Assembly: GCA_965368975.1 (NCBI GenBank)
Contig: CBDUPA010000001.1
Coordinates: 416,001-480,000, forward strand
Direction: 5' to 3'
DNA length: 64,000 nucleotides
From: an uncultured bacterium
Lineage (GTDB): Bacteria > Acidobacteriota > Thermoanaerobaculia > Multivoradales > JAHZIX01
Position numbers and translations under genes: made by a program
Shown: positions 34,588 to 44,732 of the stretch, piece after piece
Position numbering within the stretch: position 1 is the first letter of the stretch
How the letters are laid out: every line of letters begins with the position of its first letter
Notes under the pieces: model-generated
Database searches by the model: none
The model's input: the letters and a program-made list of their open reading frames with translations, nothing else
Told to the model about the DNA's origin: nothing

Positions 34588-37110
34588 TCAGTCGTTCGCG
34601 CCGGCCTCGACGGCTGCGAGCTGACGGCGCAGGTCGTGCACTACCGGATGGTCGGCGCCGCGGATGCGCTCGGTGTCGGTGAGGAGCTGGCGCAGCAGTT
34701 CCGCGGCTTCGGTGCCGCGTGCCGGATCCAGGGCGACGATGTCGGCGATGTTGGCACGGTCGTCGAGCACGCGGGGATGGTCCGCGTCGAAGATCTGCAG
34801 GCGCCGGTCCAGGACCTCGCGGTAGAGGTCTTCGGCGGCGCGCAGATCTCCGCGATCCTGCTGCAGCCCGGCCAGGTTGCTCAGTGTCGTGAGGGTGGCG
34901 GAGTGGTCGTCGCCGAGCACGCGGCGGCGACTTTCGAGGGTCGCGCGCAGCAAGGGCTCGGCCTCGTCGAGGCGGCCAAGCTGGATCCAGACACTTCCCA
35001 GGTTGCTGGCCGCGTTCAGGCTGCGGGGGTGATCGGAACCCTGTTGCTGGCACGATGTCTCGTACACCTGACGGTAGAGGTCTTCGGCCTCTTCCAGCTG
35101 TCCCCGGCTGAACAGCACCGACGCCAGGTTGACACTGGCGGCCAGGGTGTCGGGGTGCTCGGCTCCCTGCACGCGGCGCCGGATCTCGAGGGCTTGGCGC
35201 AGCAAGGGTTCGGCTTCCTCGGCGCGCCCCTGGAAAAACAGCAGACTGGCCAGGTTGCCGGTGACGCCCAAGGTCTCCACATGGTCGTCACCGAGCTGCT
35301 GGCGGTGTTCGTCGAGCGCTTGGTGGAGCAGGGCCCCGGCATCGTCGTAGTGACCGCGTAACATCTGGAGGCGGGCCAGGCCGGCACGGGCGCGGGCTAC
35401 CTCGGCGAGCGCTGACGGGGCCGCCATGGTATCCAGGGCAGCGGCAGTGTCGAGGGCGGCCTGGTAGAGCGGCAGCGCGGCCTCGTACAGGCCCAGATTA
35501 CTGTACACACGTGCCATGGTGCGTTGCAGCCGTGCCTTGATCGCGGACGGCTCGGACAAGCGCTGGTCGATGTCGGCGCTGCCGCGGTCGAGAATCTCGC
35601 GGGCGGTGATGCTGTTGCCGCGCGCCTCGCTGGGGTCGGAGATGCGGAACAGGCCGCTCAGGAAGTCCGAGACCTCCAGCGCCACCGCCGCCTCGTGGTT
35701 GGCGCGGTCGCGCTCGGCGGCTAGGTGGGCCGACTGTGCGGCCAGGCGCCGGGACTGCACCGCGGTGACGGCGCTGAAGGTCACCAGGGCCAGCAGCAGT
35801 CCCGCAGCCAGGCCGACGGCGACGCGGTGCCGGCGCACGAAGGTGCGGGCGCGGTAACCCAGCGAGTCGGGACGCGCCGCGACGGTGCGACCAGCTCGGT
35901 AGCGCTGGAGGTCGTCGAGCAACTGTTCGACCGAGCCGTAACGCCGCTCGGGTTCCTTGCGCAGCGTCTTGAGCACGATGGCGCCCAGGTCGCCGCGCAG
36001 CTGCCGCGTCAGCCGTGACAGTGTGGTGCGGCGCTGGCGGGCGGTGTCGTCGTCCTGCACCGCGCGGTGAGGCCGGGTCGGCGGTTTCTCGCTGATCCTG
36101 CGCGCCCATTCCAGCGGAGAAGCCGCTTGTGGCGACGCGGATCCGCCCTGATCGTAGGGCGAGCGGCCAGTGAGTAGCAAGTAGAGCAGCAGACCGAGTT
36201 GGTAGACATCGGAGAGGGTGGTCACCGGTTCGCCCTGGAGCTGCTCGGGACTGGCGTAGGCCGGTGTCAGTGGCTGCGCGCCTCGGGTGAGTGCCTCGCC
36301 ACCGCCGTTGGCACCCCCGCCGCCCGTGCCGTCGTCGAGCAGGCGGGCGATGCCAAAGTCGAGCAGCTTGGGGTGACCGTCCGCGGTGACCAGGATGTTG
36401 GAGGGCTTGATGTCGCGGTGCACCACCAGGTTGCGGTGGGCGTACTGCACCACACGGGCGATGCGCTGGAACAAGTCGAGACGCTGGACGATGGTGAGCC
36501 GTTCACGGTCGCAGTACTGGTCGACCGGCACGCCGTCGACCAGCTCCATCACCAGGTATGGCCGGCCGTTACTCGGTTGGCCACTAGCCCGGGGGTCGTG
36601 GTCGATGCCACCGTCGAGCAGCCGCGCCATGTCCGGGTGACTGGCGCGCGCCAGGATCTGCCGCTCCTGCTCGAAGCGCCGCACCTGTTCCTGGCTGAGT
36701 GGGCCGAACAGCTGCTTGATCGCCACCTGCTGCTCGAAGTCGCCGTCGACGCGCTCGGCGCGGTAGACCACCGCCATGCCGCCGCGACCGACCTCTTCGA
36801 GCAAGCGGTAGCGGTCGATCACGCTGCCCGGCTGCCAGATCGCGGCCTGCGATTCGCTACCGGTCATCGTGTCGCTATCGCGTCCGCCCCGATCGAGCCC
36901 CCAGTCGAGTCCGCGCGCCGCATCGGCGCCCATGCCCGGGAGCAGCTCGCCGCCGCTGTCGCTGGCGTGACGGAGCAGACGTTGCACCAGCGACAGCAGA
37001 TCCGCGTCCTCACCGGCCGTGTGCCGCACGAAGGCGTCGCGCTCGGCCGCCGGCATGTCCAATGCCTGGACGAAAATCTCGTCCGCCCGCCGCCACTGCC
37101 GGTCATCCAC
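34588..37110 (-). CDS. Serine/threonine protein kinase with TM helix and TPR repeats
   Basis: GRGGMAVVY, VAIK, HRDIKPSN, DFG, YASPE; TM; kinesin-light-chain-like TPRs (LGDDH, HPDT); start overlaps sigma stop. Confidence 0.95.
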   Translation of the reverse strand: MDDRQWRRADEIFVQALDMPAAERDAFVRHTAGEDADLLSLVQRLLRHASDSGGELLPGMGADAARGLDWGLDRGGRDSDTMTGSESQAAIWQPGSVIDRYRLLEEVGRGGMAVVYRAERVDGDFEQQVAIKQLFGPLSQEQVRRFEQERQILARASHPDMARLLDGGIDHDPRASGQPSNGRPYLVMELVDGVPVDQYCDRERLTIVQRLDLFQRIARVVQYAHRNLVVHRDIKPSNILVTADGHPKLLDFGIARLLDDGTGGGGANGGGEALTRGAQPLTPAYASPEQLQGEPVTTLSDVYQLGLLLYLLLTGRSPYDQGGSASPQAASPLEWARRISEKPPTRPHRAVQDDDTARQRRTTLSRLTRQLRGDLGAIVLKTLRKEPERRYGSVEQLLDDLQRYRAGRTVAARPDSLGYRARTFVRRHRVAVGLAAGLLLALVTFSAVTAVQSRRLAAQSAHLAAERDRANHEAAVALEVSDFLSGLFRISDPSEARGNSITAREILDRGSADIDQRLSEPSAIKARLQRTMARVYSNLGLYEAALPLYQAALDTAAALDTMAAPSALAEVARARAGLARLQMLRGHYDDAGALLHQALDEHRQQLGDDHVETLGVTGNLASLLFFQGRAEEAEPLLRQALEIRRRVQGAEHPDTLAASVNLASVLFSRGQLEEAEDLYRQVYETSCQQQGSDHPRSLNAASNLGSVWIQLGRLDEAEPLLRATLESRRRVLGDDHSATLTTLSNLAGLQQDRGDLRAAEDLYREVLDRRLQIFDADHPRVLDDRANIADIVALDPARGTEAAELLRQLLTDTERIRGADHPVVHDLRRQLAAVEAGAND

Positions 37111-37720
37111 GCCGAGCGTCCCCCGCAGTTGCCGACATCTCCTCGCGCAGCCAGGCGCGGGCGCGGGCCCAGTCGCGCTGTACCGTGCGTTCGGACACGC
37201 CCAATGCCTCGGCCGTCTCGGGCTCGCTCAGGCCGGCGAAGTAGCGGCACTCGACGATGCGCACCAGGCGCGCGTCGCGTTTGCCCAGGCGTAGCAGAGC
37301 CTGTTCCAGGTCGAGCAGGTTTTCTGCTTGCTGATCGATGGCGATGTGGGCCGCTTCGTCCAGCGTCACTGGCCTCTGTTCGCCGCCGCGCTTGGCCGCC
37401 GAACCGCGGCGGGCGTAAGCGATGATGACCTGCCGCATGGCGCGCGCGGCAACGGCGAGGAAATGGCCACGATCTTGCCACTCAGCCCCCGCCTGGCCAG
37501 CCAGCTTGAAGTACGCCTCGTGGACGATGCCGGTGGCGCCGAGCGTGCGCCCCGACGGACCACGTCGCAAGTGCGAGCGCGCAATGCGGCGCAGGTCGTC
37601 ATAGACCAGCGGCACCAGCCGGTCGAAGGCGGCAGCGTCACCGGCGGCAAAGTCGTGCAAGAGCTGGGTGATGTCCTTGTCGTCGTGAGTGCGTGTGCGG
37701 TTGCTTTGATTTCTGGCCAT
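37103..37720 (-). CDS. ECF-type sigma factor (STK-associated, TIGR02999-like)
   Basis: ITQLL, LVYDDLRRIA, VHEAY, RHF-like GHFLAVAARAMR, AAKRGG, RDWARARAWL. Confidence 0.92.
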   Translation of the reverse strand: MARNQSNRTRTHDDKDITQLLHDFAAGDAAAFDRLVPLVYDDLRRIARSHLRRGPSGRTLGATGIVHEAYFKLAGQAGAEWQDRGHFLAVAARAMRQVIIAYARRGSAAKRGGEQRPVTLDEAAHIAIDQQAENLLDLEQALLRLGKRDARLVRIVECRYFAGLSEPETAEALGVSERTVQRDWARARAWLREEMSATAGDARRG

Positions 37721-37956
37721 TTGCGCATTGTTCCACGGTTGAGGAGGTCGCACAGCCGAGGCCGCACGCCGCGTGAGCCTCTGCCCGGGGCGGAACGGAA
37801 GAATGTCGAAGGAAGTTGAAGAAAGGTTGGCGGGATTCGCCGTCGCTTTGCATAGGACCAGGTGAGGGCGCACTGAGGCGCCCAGGAAGGCACCCATCCG
37901 GAACCCCGTGACGCTTTCCGCTGACCGCCGGCCACGAGCCGGCAAGGAGTCCCAAA

Positions 37957-39363
37957 ATGAACACCCGACTGCAACTTCTCTTCCTGAGCTTGTTTCTCAT
38001 ACTGACCTCTCTGGCCGTCCCGGCCGCCATCCCGGCTGGTGCGCAAACCTGCGGTGTCAGCACCGACTCGGTCGAGGTGCGCTTGCGCTCCGCGCCCAGT
38101 TCGATCTCGGACACCACCCGCCGCGAACATCTCCGTGTCTCGCAGGGCTTGCTCGATGCGCTGTGCATCAGCAATTCCAACATCGCCTCCAACGGTGACG
38201 ACAGCCCGCAGGTGCGGGTGGTGATCACCAGCGACAGCAACACCAACGCTCCGAGCAGTCTGCCAAGCAGCGGCCTGTTCACTCTCACCTCTGTGGATAC
38301 AGGTAGCTCGGCCAAGTGGATCGAGATCTACGGCATCGATCCCTTGGATTCGGGCGATAAGAACAACGGCCTGGTGAAGCTGTTTCCTTACACGCGTACG
38401 TCGAGCTTCGACGTCGACAACGCCAGTGCCAGAGTCTACAGCGTGGCCCCGCACGCCACGGTGCAGGTGACTTACAGCCTGTGGTGGGGGACGTCGATCG
38501 GTACCGTCGACACCCACTATGCCAACCCCACCGGCGAGGTGGGTCAGCAGTTCGAAGAGTACGTGCAGATCGAAAGCGAGAAGGACATGGTGTTGTTGGT
38601 GCCGCACGGTGGTGCCATCGAGACCGAGGTGAGCGACGTGATTCCTCGTCTCTTGAACAGTGCGGGAAGCTACAACCTCGACCCGAGTGTCTGGGAGGCT
38701 CGTGGCCACTGGGGGAGCGGGCAGACCCATCGCCGGTGGCATATTACTGCTGGTGATGTCCACGCACCGTCCTTCCCGGGCCTGCAGGATCTCCTCGACG
38801 AGCCGGACTACGACACGGGACAGCCTTTCCGCTGGGCTCTCGCCCTGCACGGCTACACCGGCCGCGTCCTGACGCTGGATCCGGCGACGCCCTCCCTGCA
38901 GAACGACACCAGCGGTGCTTTCTACGGCATCATCATTGGTGGTCAAGCCCATGCTGACACCAAGTGCTACCTGGCACTGGCCATCCGCGACCGCCTGCTG
39001 AGCCGCCGCAACGACGTCGCCATCACGGTCTACTACGGCAGTTCGAGTAACCCGAGCAAGTACGAGGTGCCAGGGCTCGGCGGCGTGATCAAGACTGGTG
39101 GTTTTACCGGCTTGGCAAGCAGCAACATCGTCAACCGCCTGGCTCCCGGTGGCAGCCTCCAGCACGGCGGTATTCAGGTCGAGCTGTCCCAGTCACTGCG
39201 CAACGATGCGACCTGGAGTGATCCTCACATTGCCGACGACGCTGAAGAACTGCTGCGCCGGACCGCCAACGGCCTCGGGCGGGGCATGGGGCAACTCAAC
39301 GGCTACGCCGACGGAGCCCAGGGAGCCTGCGCTGAGCTGCAGGCGGTGATCAACTCTCTGTGA
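37957..39363 (+). CDS. Secreted poly-gamma-glutamate hydrolase (PghP-like) family protein with N-terminal extra domain
   Basis: Signal peptide; PHGGAIE, WHIT, ALHG, NIVNRL, GIQVEL..LR motifs; AAGGAG RBS. Confidence 0.8.
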   Translation: MNTRLQLLFLSLFLILTSLAVPAAIPAGAQTCGVSTDSVEVRLRSAPSSISDTTRREHLRVSQGLLDALCISNSNIASNGDDSPQVRVVITSDSNTNAPSSLPSSGLFTLTSVDTGSSAKWIEIYGIDPLDSGDKNNGLVKLFPYTRTSSFDVDNASARVYSVAPHATVQVTYSLWWGTSIGTVDTHYANPTGEVGQQFEEYVQIESEKDMVLLVPHGGAIETEVSDVIPRLLNSAGSYNLDPSVWEARGHWGSGQTHRRWHITAGDVHAPSFPGLQDLLDEPDYDTGQPFRWALALHGYTGRVLTLDPATPSLQNDTSGAFYGIIIGGQAHADTKCYLALAIRDRLLSRRNDVAITVYYGSSSNPSKYEVPGLGGVIKTGGFTGLASSNIVNRLAPGGSLQHGGIQVELSQSLRNDATWSDPHIADDAEELLRRTANGLGRGMGQLNGYADGAQGACAELQAVINSL

Positions 39364-39485
39364 TGGCGGCTGGCCGCATTCTCTGACGTGTCTCTTCGCC
39401 GGCGGGCGGATCTCTGGATCCGCCCCCCGCCGCTTCTTTGAGTCCAGCCGGATGCTAGTATGGCCACCCTTCGAAGGAGTTCATC

Positions 39486-40253
39486 ATGACGCAGAAACCC
39501 GCCACAGTGCTGTGCAGCTTGGGCTTGCTGACTTTCGGCTGGCTGGCAACCTCCGCCTGCCGAACGGTGCAGGAACCTGCTGCGACACCGGCCCGAGTAC
39601 AGGGTGTTGCCTTGTCCGAGCCGCAATACGAACTCCGCTTGCACTGCGCCCCTGCGGCCTTGGTGCTGGGCGAGAAGGTGCGGTGCACTTTGACCATCGC
39701 CGAAGCTGGCACCGAACCGGTGAATCCGGGATTCGAAGATGCCGCGTTGTTGCTGGGCCGGCCGGTTGCCAGCAAGGGTATCGACGGGAACAGCCAGGCG
39801 GGCTTTCAGCGCTCGTTTCACCGCCAGCCGGAAGCCGTAGGGCCGTATGTGATCGAGCCCTTCGAGCTGAGCTTCGAAGGGCAGCAGCTGGTGTCCAACT
39901 CTGCCGAGGTCGCGGTCTTGGCGTCACCGCCCGCGGATTTGCCCGTCTCGCTGGTGGTGTCCAAGCCGCCCTTGCGAGCGGGAGTTCCCTTTGAGCTGTT
40001 CTTGTCTCAGACCTCAGACATCGTGCAGAGGTTGACGCTGGAAGGCAATGACGAGCTGGAGTTGCGGTCGGTGTCGACCCGGACGCAGGCAGTTAACGGG
40101 GTGACGAGCTATTCCGCGATCTACCGGGCTGTTGCGCATCGCCCCGGGCGGTTGATTCTGGATCGCTCGTTTTATCGAGGGCTACCGGAAGATGTCGACG
40201 TTCCGGCCTTGGTCTTGGAGATTGTGCCGCCACGGACCGTCGAGCCTTACTGA
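39486..40253 (+). CDS. Hypothetical lipoprotein, BatD-like Ig domains
   Basis: Lipobox-like TSAC; GPYVIEPF...SNSAEVAV and STRTQAVNG patterns; AAGGAG RBS. Confidence 0.6.
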   Translation: MTQKPATVLCSLGLLTFGWLATSACRTVQEPAATPARVQGVALSEPQYELRLHCAPAALVLGEKVRCTLTIAEAGTEPVNPGFEDAALLLGRPVASKGIDGNSQAGFQRSFHRQPEAVGPYVIEPFELSFEGQQLVSNSAEVAVLASPPADLPVSLVVSKPPLRAGVPFELFLSQTSDIVQRLTLEGNDELELRSVSTRTQAVNGVTSYSAIYRAVAHRPGRLILDRSFYRGLPEDVDVPALVLEIVPPRTVEPY

Positions 40254-40259
40254 GCTGTT

Positions 40260-40724
40260 TCATTGGCGCCAGGGTAGTTGCATCTCCTCGCCCTCCGGAT
40301 TCCAGATCTTCGACCCGATTCCAACGATCACGATGGCGTCTGTCGGTGTGTCGCCGACGTTCCAGTACTGGTGTGGCACCCCTGCCGGGGCGACCAGCGT
40401 GCAGGGAGCTTCGAACTCGATCTCCTCGTCACCGATCACTGCTCTGCCCTTGCCTTCGAGGAAGACGAAGACCTCTTCTGACTCGTGCGTGTGCTTGGGC
40501 GTCGAGGACCCTGGTGCAACGCTCGAACGCCACACCTCGAACTCCTGGGCGCCGGTGCCGAGTGTCGCGATGCCACGCAGCTGGTTGCCGTTGTTTTCGA
40601 ACACCTGTACTTCGTCGTGCTCGATCACCGTCGCATGGGGATGACCTTCGTGGCCGTTGGCCAACCAGGCGGCGGCAAGGGTCGCGAGCAGCAGGCATAT
40701 CCCTAGGATTCTGGAAAGACTCAT
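40260..40724 (-). CDS. Secreted cupin-domain protein
   Basis: PKHTHESEEVFVFLEG and PAGVPHQYWN cupin motifs; signal peptide. Confidence 0.88.
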   Translation of the reverse strand: MSLSRILGICLLLATLAAAWLANGHEGHPHATVIEHDEVQVFENNGNQLRGIATLGTGAQEFEVWRSSVAPGSSTPKHTHESEEVFVFLEGKGRAVIGDEEIEFEAPCTLVAPAGVPHQYWNVGDTPTDAIVIVGIGSKIWNPEGEEMQLPWRQ

Positions 40725-40888
40725 GGCGTTTCTCCGTCTCGGATTCTTGGATCGTTTCGTCTGACCGGGCATTCTGCCACGAGTGCTAGGATGGCGAGAA
40801 TTCTCCGAGACCCACACGTCGTCTACCCAGGACACGGCGCTGTCCGCCCATAGAGCGCCGCGGCATCGTTGTACTGAGGAGTTTCGCC

Positions 40889-42631
40889 ATGAAGAAGGCC
40901 AGGGTTCCAGTCGTGATCGCAATCGTCGTCTGCTTGTTCGTCGTACTGCGGTTCTTCCAGAAGCCAGCAGATGGACCGGACGGCGCGGGCTATGGAGGCG
41001 CTGGCCAGAGCACTGACGCCACTTGCGTCTCGCAGCTCCCGCCGGACCAGCGCACCGCCGCGATCTCCTCCTGGATCGGGGGCAGCTTGCCGACCGAAGT
41101 CGGTGGCACGCAGGAGTGCGACTTCTACGACTTCGCCTGGCAGAGCTTCCTGGCCCTGACCGCGCCGGTCGCGCCGGCCGAGGGCTACGTGTTTGCCGGT
41201 TGGGGCAGTTCGAGCGCCCTGTTTCCCCCGCCGGGCGCCGTGCCGCCGCCCTTTCCCAGGGGGCCCGCCGAGCGCCTGGTGGCCTCGCCCGTGCTCGGCA
41301 AGACCGGTGCGTCGCTGAGCGCGTTCAAGGATCCAGACCTGGTCGGCGATCTGCTCACGGTCCGCCAAGCGTCGTCGGACACTTCCGAGATCTCCGCTGG
41401 TGACTTCGAGCAGGCTGCTTCACTCGTGCCGTACACTGACGCCAACGGCCGCTGGGTGCACTACAGCGTGCTGAGCAACCAGACCGAGTACGATTTCGTC
41501 GCTGACCAGGGACTCTACGCCTCCGACTGCTACAACGCCTGGGGAGGCTCGTCGGAGGGCACAGTCGCTTACGACCCGACGACCGGTGACGTCACCGTCA
41601 CCTGTGCCGGTACTGGCAACGGCAGTGGCAGCTCGACGGCCACGCACCTGTGCCAGGCTGCGGCCGCGCCCGACCCGATGCCGCAGATGCCCACCGGTGC
41701 CGTTGAGCTCAAGATCGCCTGGCGAGTGCTCGAAACCTGCGACCTGCCCGACTCGCCATCGCCGTGCACGCCGGAAGATCCCAGCCCCTACCTGACCGCT
41801 CCCGGCGTCGTCGACCCCTACAGCCCGACCGTCGCCAAGCTGGACGTGACGTTGGCCCTGGTCGGCTTCCACGTCGTCACGCGCAGTGCCCAGTATCCCG
41901 ATGGCATCTGGGCCACGTTCGAGTACAACGGCAATGCCTCGGACTGCCCCGCGAGCGGACCCACCGGCCAGGACAACATGTTCTGCACGCCCTGTCCGTT
42001 CGACTTCGGCCAGTGGAGCCCGGAGCTGCAGAAGGTGGTGCAGGACCAGGTTGCCGCCGGAAGCGCTACCCTCGACGACAGCGGCACCCGACTCGTGTGC
42101 AGCAGAAATCCGGGCGCCTTCAACCTCGCGATCCCCAAGTTCTACGACCCCGGCACCGGCGACGGTCAGTGCCCGGGCGCACCGATTCCCACCGACGTTT
42201 GCCGGATCGACCCAATCCCGGACGCGGTGGCGCAGCTCAACACCTGGGTCGACGAAGTTCTGGCCCAGGACATGCCAGTTCTGGCCAACTACGAGTTGGT
42301 CGGCGTCATGTGGCTGAACGAGGACTGCCGGAGCCATGGCGACTGCGCCGAGCAGGGCACCCTGAAGCTGACCAACACCACCATGGAGACCTTCGAGCAG
42401 GCGCTCGACCTGAGCAAGGAAAACGCCGGCACCGGTTGCTTGGTGTGTCACGCGACCAATCAGTTCAACCCCACACCTTTTGCCAGCAAGCCCTTCGCCC
42501 GCGGCCTGGCGGACCGCAGCCTGCTCTTCTACCGCATCCGGCAGCAGGAAGGCCAGGAGTGCAGCGCGCCCCCGGCGAGCTATGATTGCCCGCCCTGTAG
42601 CCCGGATCTGGCTTCTCTCGATGGCCGCTGA
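40889..42631 (+). CDS. Cys-rich extracytoplasmic monoheme cytochrome c family protein
   Basis: N-terminal anchor; WQSFLAL, ELKIAW, LVGFHVV, WATFE, TNTTMET, C-terminal CLVCH. Confidence 0.7.
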   Translation: MKKARVPVVIAIVVCLFVVLRFFQKPADGPDGAGYGGAGQSTDATCVSQLPPDQRTAAISSWIGGSLPTEVGGTQECDFYDFAWQSFLALTAPVAPAEGYVFAGWGSSSALFPPPGAVPPPFPRGPAERLVASPVLGKTGASLSAFKDPDLVGDLLTVRQASSDTSEISAGDFEQAASLVPYTDANGRWVHYSVLSNQTEYDFVADQGLYASDCYNAWGGSSEGTVAYDPTTGDVTVTCAGTGNGSGSSTATHLCQAAAAPDPMPQMPTGAVELKIAWRVLETCDLPDSPSPCTPEDPSPYLTAPGVVDPYSPTVAKLDVTLALVGFHVVTRSAQYPDGIWATFEYNGNASDCPASGPTGQDNMFCTPCPFDFGQWSPELQKVVQDQVAAGSATLDDSGTRLVCSRNPGAFNLAIPKFYDPGTGDGQCPGAPIPTDVCRIDPIPDAVAQLNTWVDEVLAQDMPVLANYELVGVMWLNEDCRSHGDCAEQGTLKLTNTTMETFEQALDLSKENAGTGCLVCHATNQFNPTPFASKPFARGLADRSLLFYRIRQQEGQECSAPPASYDCPPCSPDLASLDGR

Positions 42632-43122
42632 GACCTAGTCCACCGCCGCTTTCCGGCCCGCATCAGCGCCGGGTACACGATGCGATGCCGAAAGGGAGCG
42701 ATCGCCCTCATGTACCAGCGCCCGAGCCGACCCCGAGGCAGCACGAAGACGGCCATCTGTGCGGTCCACGTGTGGTTCGGTTTCTGCACCCAACCCAAAT
42801 GCATCAGCGCCGTCACCGTCTTGTTCTCGATGCGCAGCACCTGTTCTCGGGGGTCGCGGAAGACCTCGTAGAAGCCGATGCCTTGGTCGTTGTCCCAGCC
42901 AAAGATCTTGCCGAGCGCCAAGCGCAGGCCGAAGAGGGCGCGCACCAAGATCGAGGTTTCCGCGACCATTGCTTTCATGTCATGCAGCTCGTGGAAGGTC
43001 TCGAAGTCCTCTGCCCTTTCTGCTTCGATCGGATACTGCCAAAGATCGAGCAGTTCGAAGTCGCGGGCATAGTCGTGCACCCACCAATTCTGCTGCTGGT
43101 GGACGGTGTTGTCGAGTCTCAT
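42580..43122 (-). CDS. DUF2867-like protein
   Basis: LFGLR..LG.IFGW, GRWYM.AIAPFRHRIVYP motif. Confidence 0.7.
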   Translation of the reverse strand: MRLDNTVHQQQNWWVHDYARDFELLDLWQYPIEAERAEDFETFHELHDMKAMVAETSILVRALFGLRLALGKIFGWDNDQGIGFYEVFRDPREQVLRIENKTVTALMHLGWVQKPNHTWTAQMAVFVLPRGRLGRWYMRAIAPFRHRIVYPALMRAGKRRWTRSQRPSREARSGLQGGQS

Positions 43123-43143
43123 GACAGGTTGTCCTCAACAGTT

Positions 43144-44046
43144 CTACCTGTGGCTGTGCGGCAGCCGCTGCGGATCGATCGGTGCCGCAGGGTGCTCCAG
43201 CGCGTAGAGGTAGGTCTTCTCGCAGCTGTGGTTGGCGAGAAGGCTACCGTATTGGGCGGTGAAGCAGACCGGGATACCGACGTGCTGGTAGACGGTATCG
43301 GCGAGTTCCGCCGGCGGCACTTCCGGTACCACGTCGGAGGTGTTGACCACCCGGTAGGTGACCGCGTTCTTCCAAGCCTGGTTCGCCGCCATGGCGTTGT
43401 AGTTGGCGGCGAAGGTCGGGTCGCCGGTGCGCGGTGAAGCCAGGTTGATCTGGATCGCTTGCCACTCGGGCACCTGATAGCCACTGTTGACCAGGATGTC
43501 CGGGAAGGCCAGCGTGGCCAGCGACGAGCCCAGACTGTGACCGGAGACGATCAGCTGTCCGGGGTTCGAAGGCGGCGTACCCAGAGCCTCGAGCAGGGCG
43601 TCGCGCATCGTCAGGTAGATCTGCAGGAAGCCCTCGTGGACGCGGCCGAAGGAACTGCCGCCGGGGCCCAGGAGGCCGGGAATGTCGCACGGTACCTGGT
43701 GGATCTTCAGGTCTTCGATGTCGTCGTCCTTGGTAGCCGTGCCGCGGACGATGACGAACGTCTGCGCTCCACGGCGGGCGACGAAGGCGAAGGGTTCCCA
43801 GCGCTCGAAAAAGGCGAACATCTTCGATTCGCCCCAGATCGGCGTGCTGTAGTCAAAACCGTTGGTGGGCGGTTTCCACGCGAAATCCTTCTCTCCGGGC
43901 TTGCCCTGGGCACGCCACTGACTCTCCATGGCGTAACCGATGTCGACCAGCTTGGCGCAGGTCACGGCCAGGTCGAGGTCGAACGGGGCAGGCGGCCAGT
44001 GCATCGGCACGCCGGACAGGGCTTCGGGAGGGAGTGTGGGTGCCAT
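43144..44046 (-). CDS. Lipase class 3 family protein
   Basis: VRGT, VHEGF, GHSLG, ASPRTG, DVVP.VPP, YQHVG; AGGAG RBS. Confidence 0.92.
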   Translation of the reverse strand: MAPTLPPEALSGVPMHWPPAPFDLDLAVTCAKLVDIGYAMESQWRAQGKPGEKDFAWKPPTNGFDYSTPIWGESKMFAFFERWEPFAFVARRGAQTFVIVRGTATKDDDIEDLKIHQVPCDIPGLLGPGGSSFGRVHEGFLQIYLTMRDALLEALGTPPSNPGQLIVSGHSLGSSLATLAFPDILVNSGYQVPEWQAIQINLASPRTGDPTFAANYNAMAANQAWKNAVTYRVVNTSDVVPEVPPAELADTVYQHVGIPVCFTAQYGSLLANHSCEKTYLYALEHPAAPIDPQRLPHSHR

Positions 44047-44236
44047 GACGGTTCTCCTACGAGCGGGTTTGGCAACGAGTATAGAGGAGAACCGAGACAG
44101 ATCCGCTGACACCGACGAGGCCGAGCGGCACTCGTCAGTCCGTGCGTCACGTTTCTCGAAGCTGTCTCGTCTTCCTGTTCGAGGCTCGCCGTAGCGGTGA
44201 GTGTGTTCAACAACGGTCAGCAAAGAGGAGTCGACC

Positions 44237-44581
44237 ATGAAGGAACAAGCCAAGAGGGTCTTCGTCGCGGGAGCCAGTGGAGTGATCGGCCGGTCGCTGA
44301 TCCCTCGACTCATCGAGCAGGGGCATACAGTGACTGCGATGACTCGCAGCACGCAGAGTGCCGAGAGGCTGGCGGCCACAGGTGCCCGGCCGGTGGTGTG
44401 CGATGTCTACGACACGTCGTCGCTAGAAAAGGTGATGCGGCAGGCGGCGCCGGAAGTGATCCTCCACCAACTGACTGCTTTGCCGCCGGCGATCGATCCA
44501 CGCAAGCTGGACGGCCTGGCCGTGGGGAAACCTCACTCACCGCGGGTAGCAACGACTCGATCACCGTCTCCTGGCTGGTGA
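44237..44581 (+). pseudogene. Truncated NAD-dependent epimerase/dehydratase (N-terminal third only)
   Basis: VFVAGASGVIG Rossmann motif and PEVILHQLT; family similarity ends near 44510; no YxxxK region; good GAGGAG RBS. Confidence 0.7.
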
Positions 44582-44732
44582 TGTCAGCGCTGCCACCGTG
44601 GGCTGCCATTGTTCACTGCCGAGCTGCTCCGGTCCTGCTAGCTCACAATGGTATGCTGCTGGGCATACGGACTTTCGTTGACTTTCGTTGTTTCGAGAGA
44701 CGTTCAACCCTGTTCTGAGGAGGAGTACGACA

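Noticed and set aside
34538-35053. N-terminal extension of the MscS ORF in the ORF track
   Set aside because: Overlaps the kinase gene; a proper RBS precedes ATG 34537
37366-39165. 599-aa minus-strand ORF
   Set aside because: Antisense to the PGA hydrolase-like gene and out of frame with the sigma gene; no family motifs
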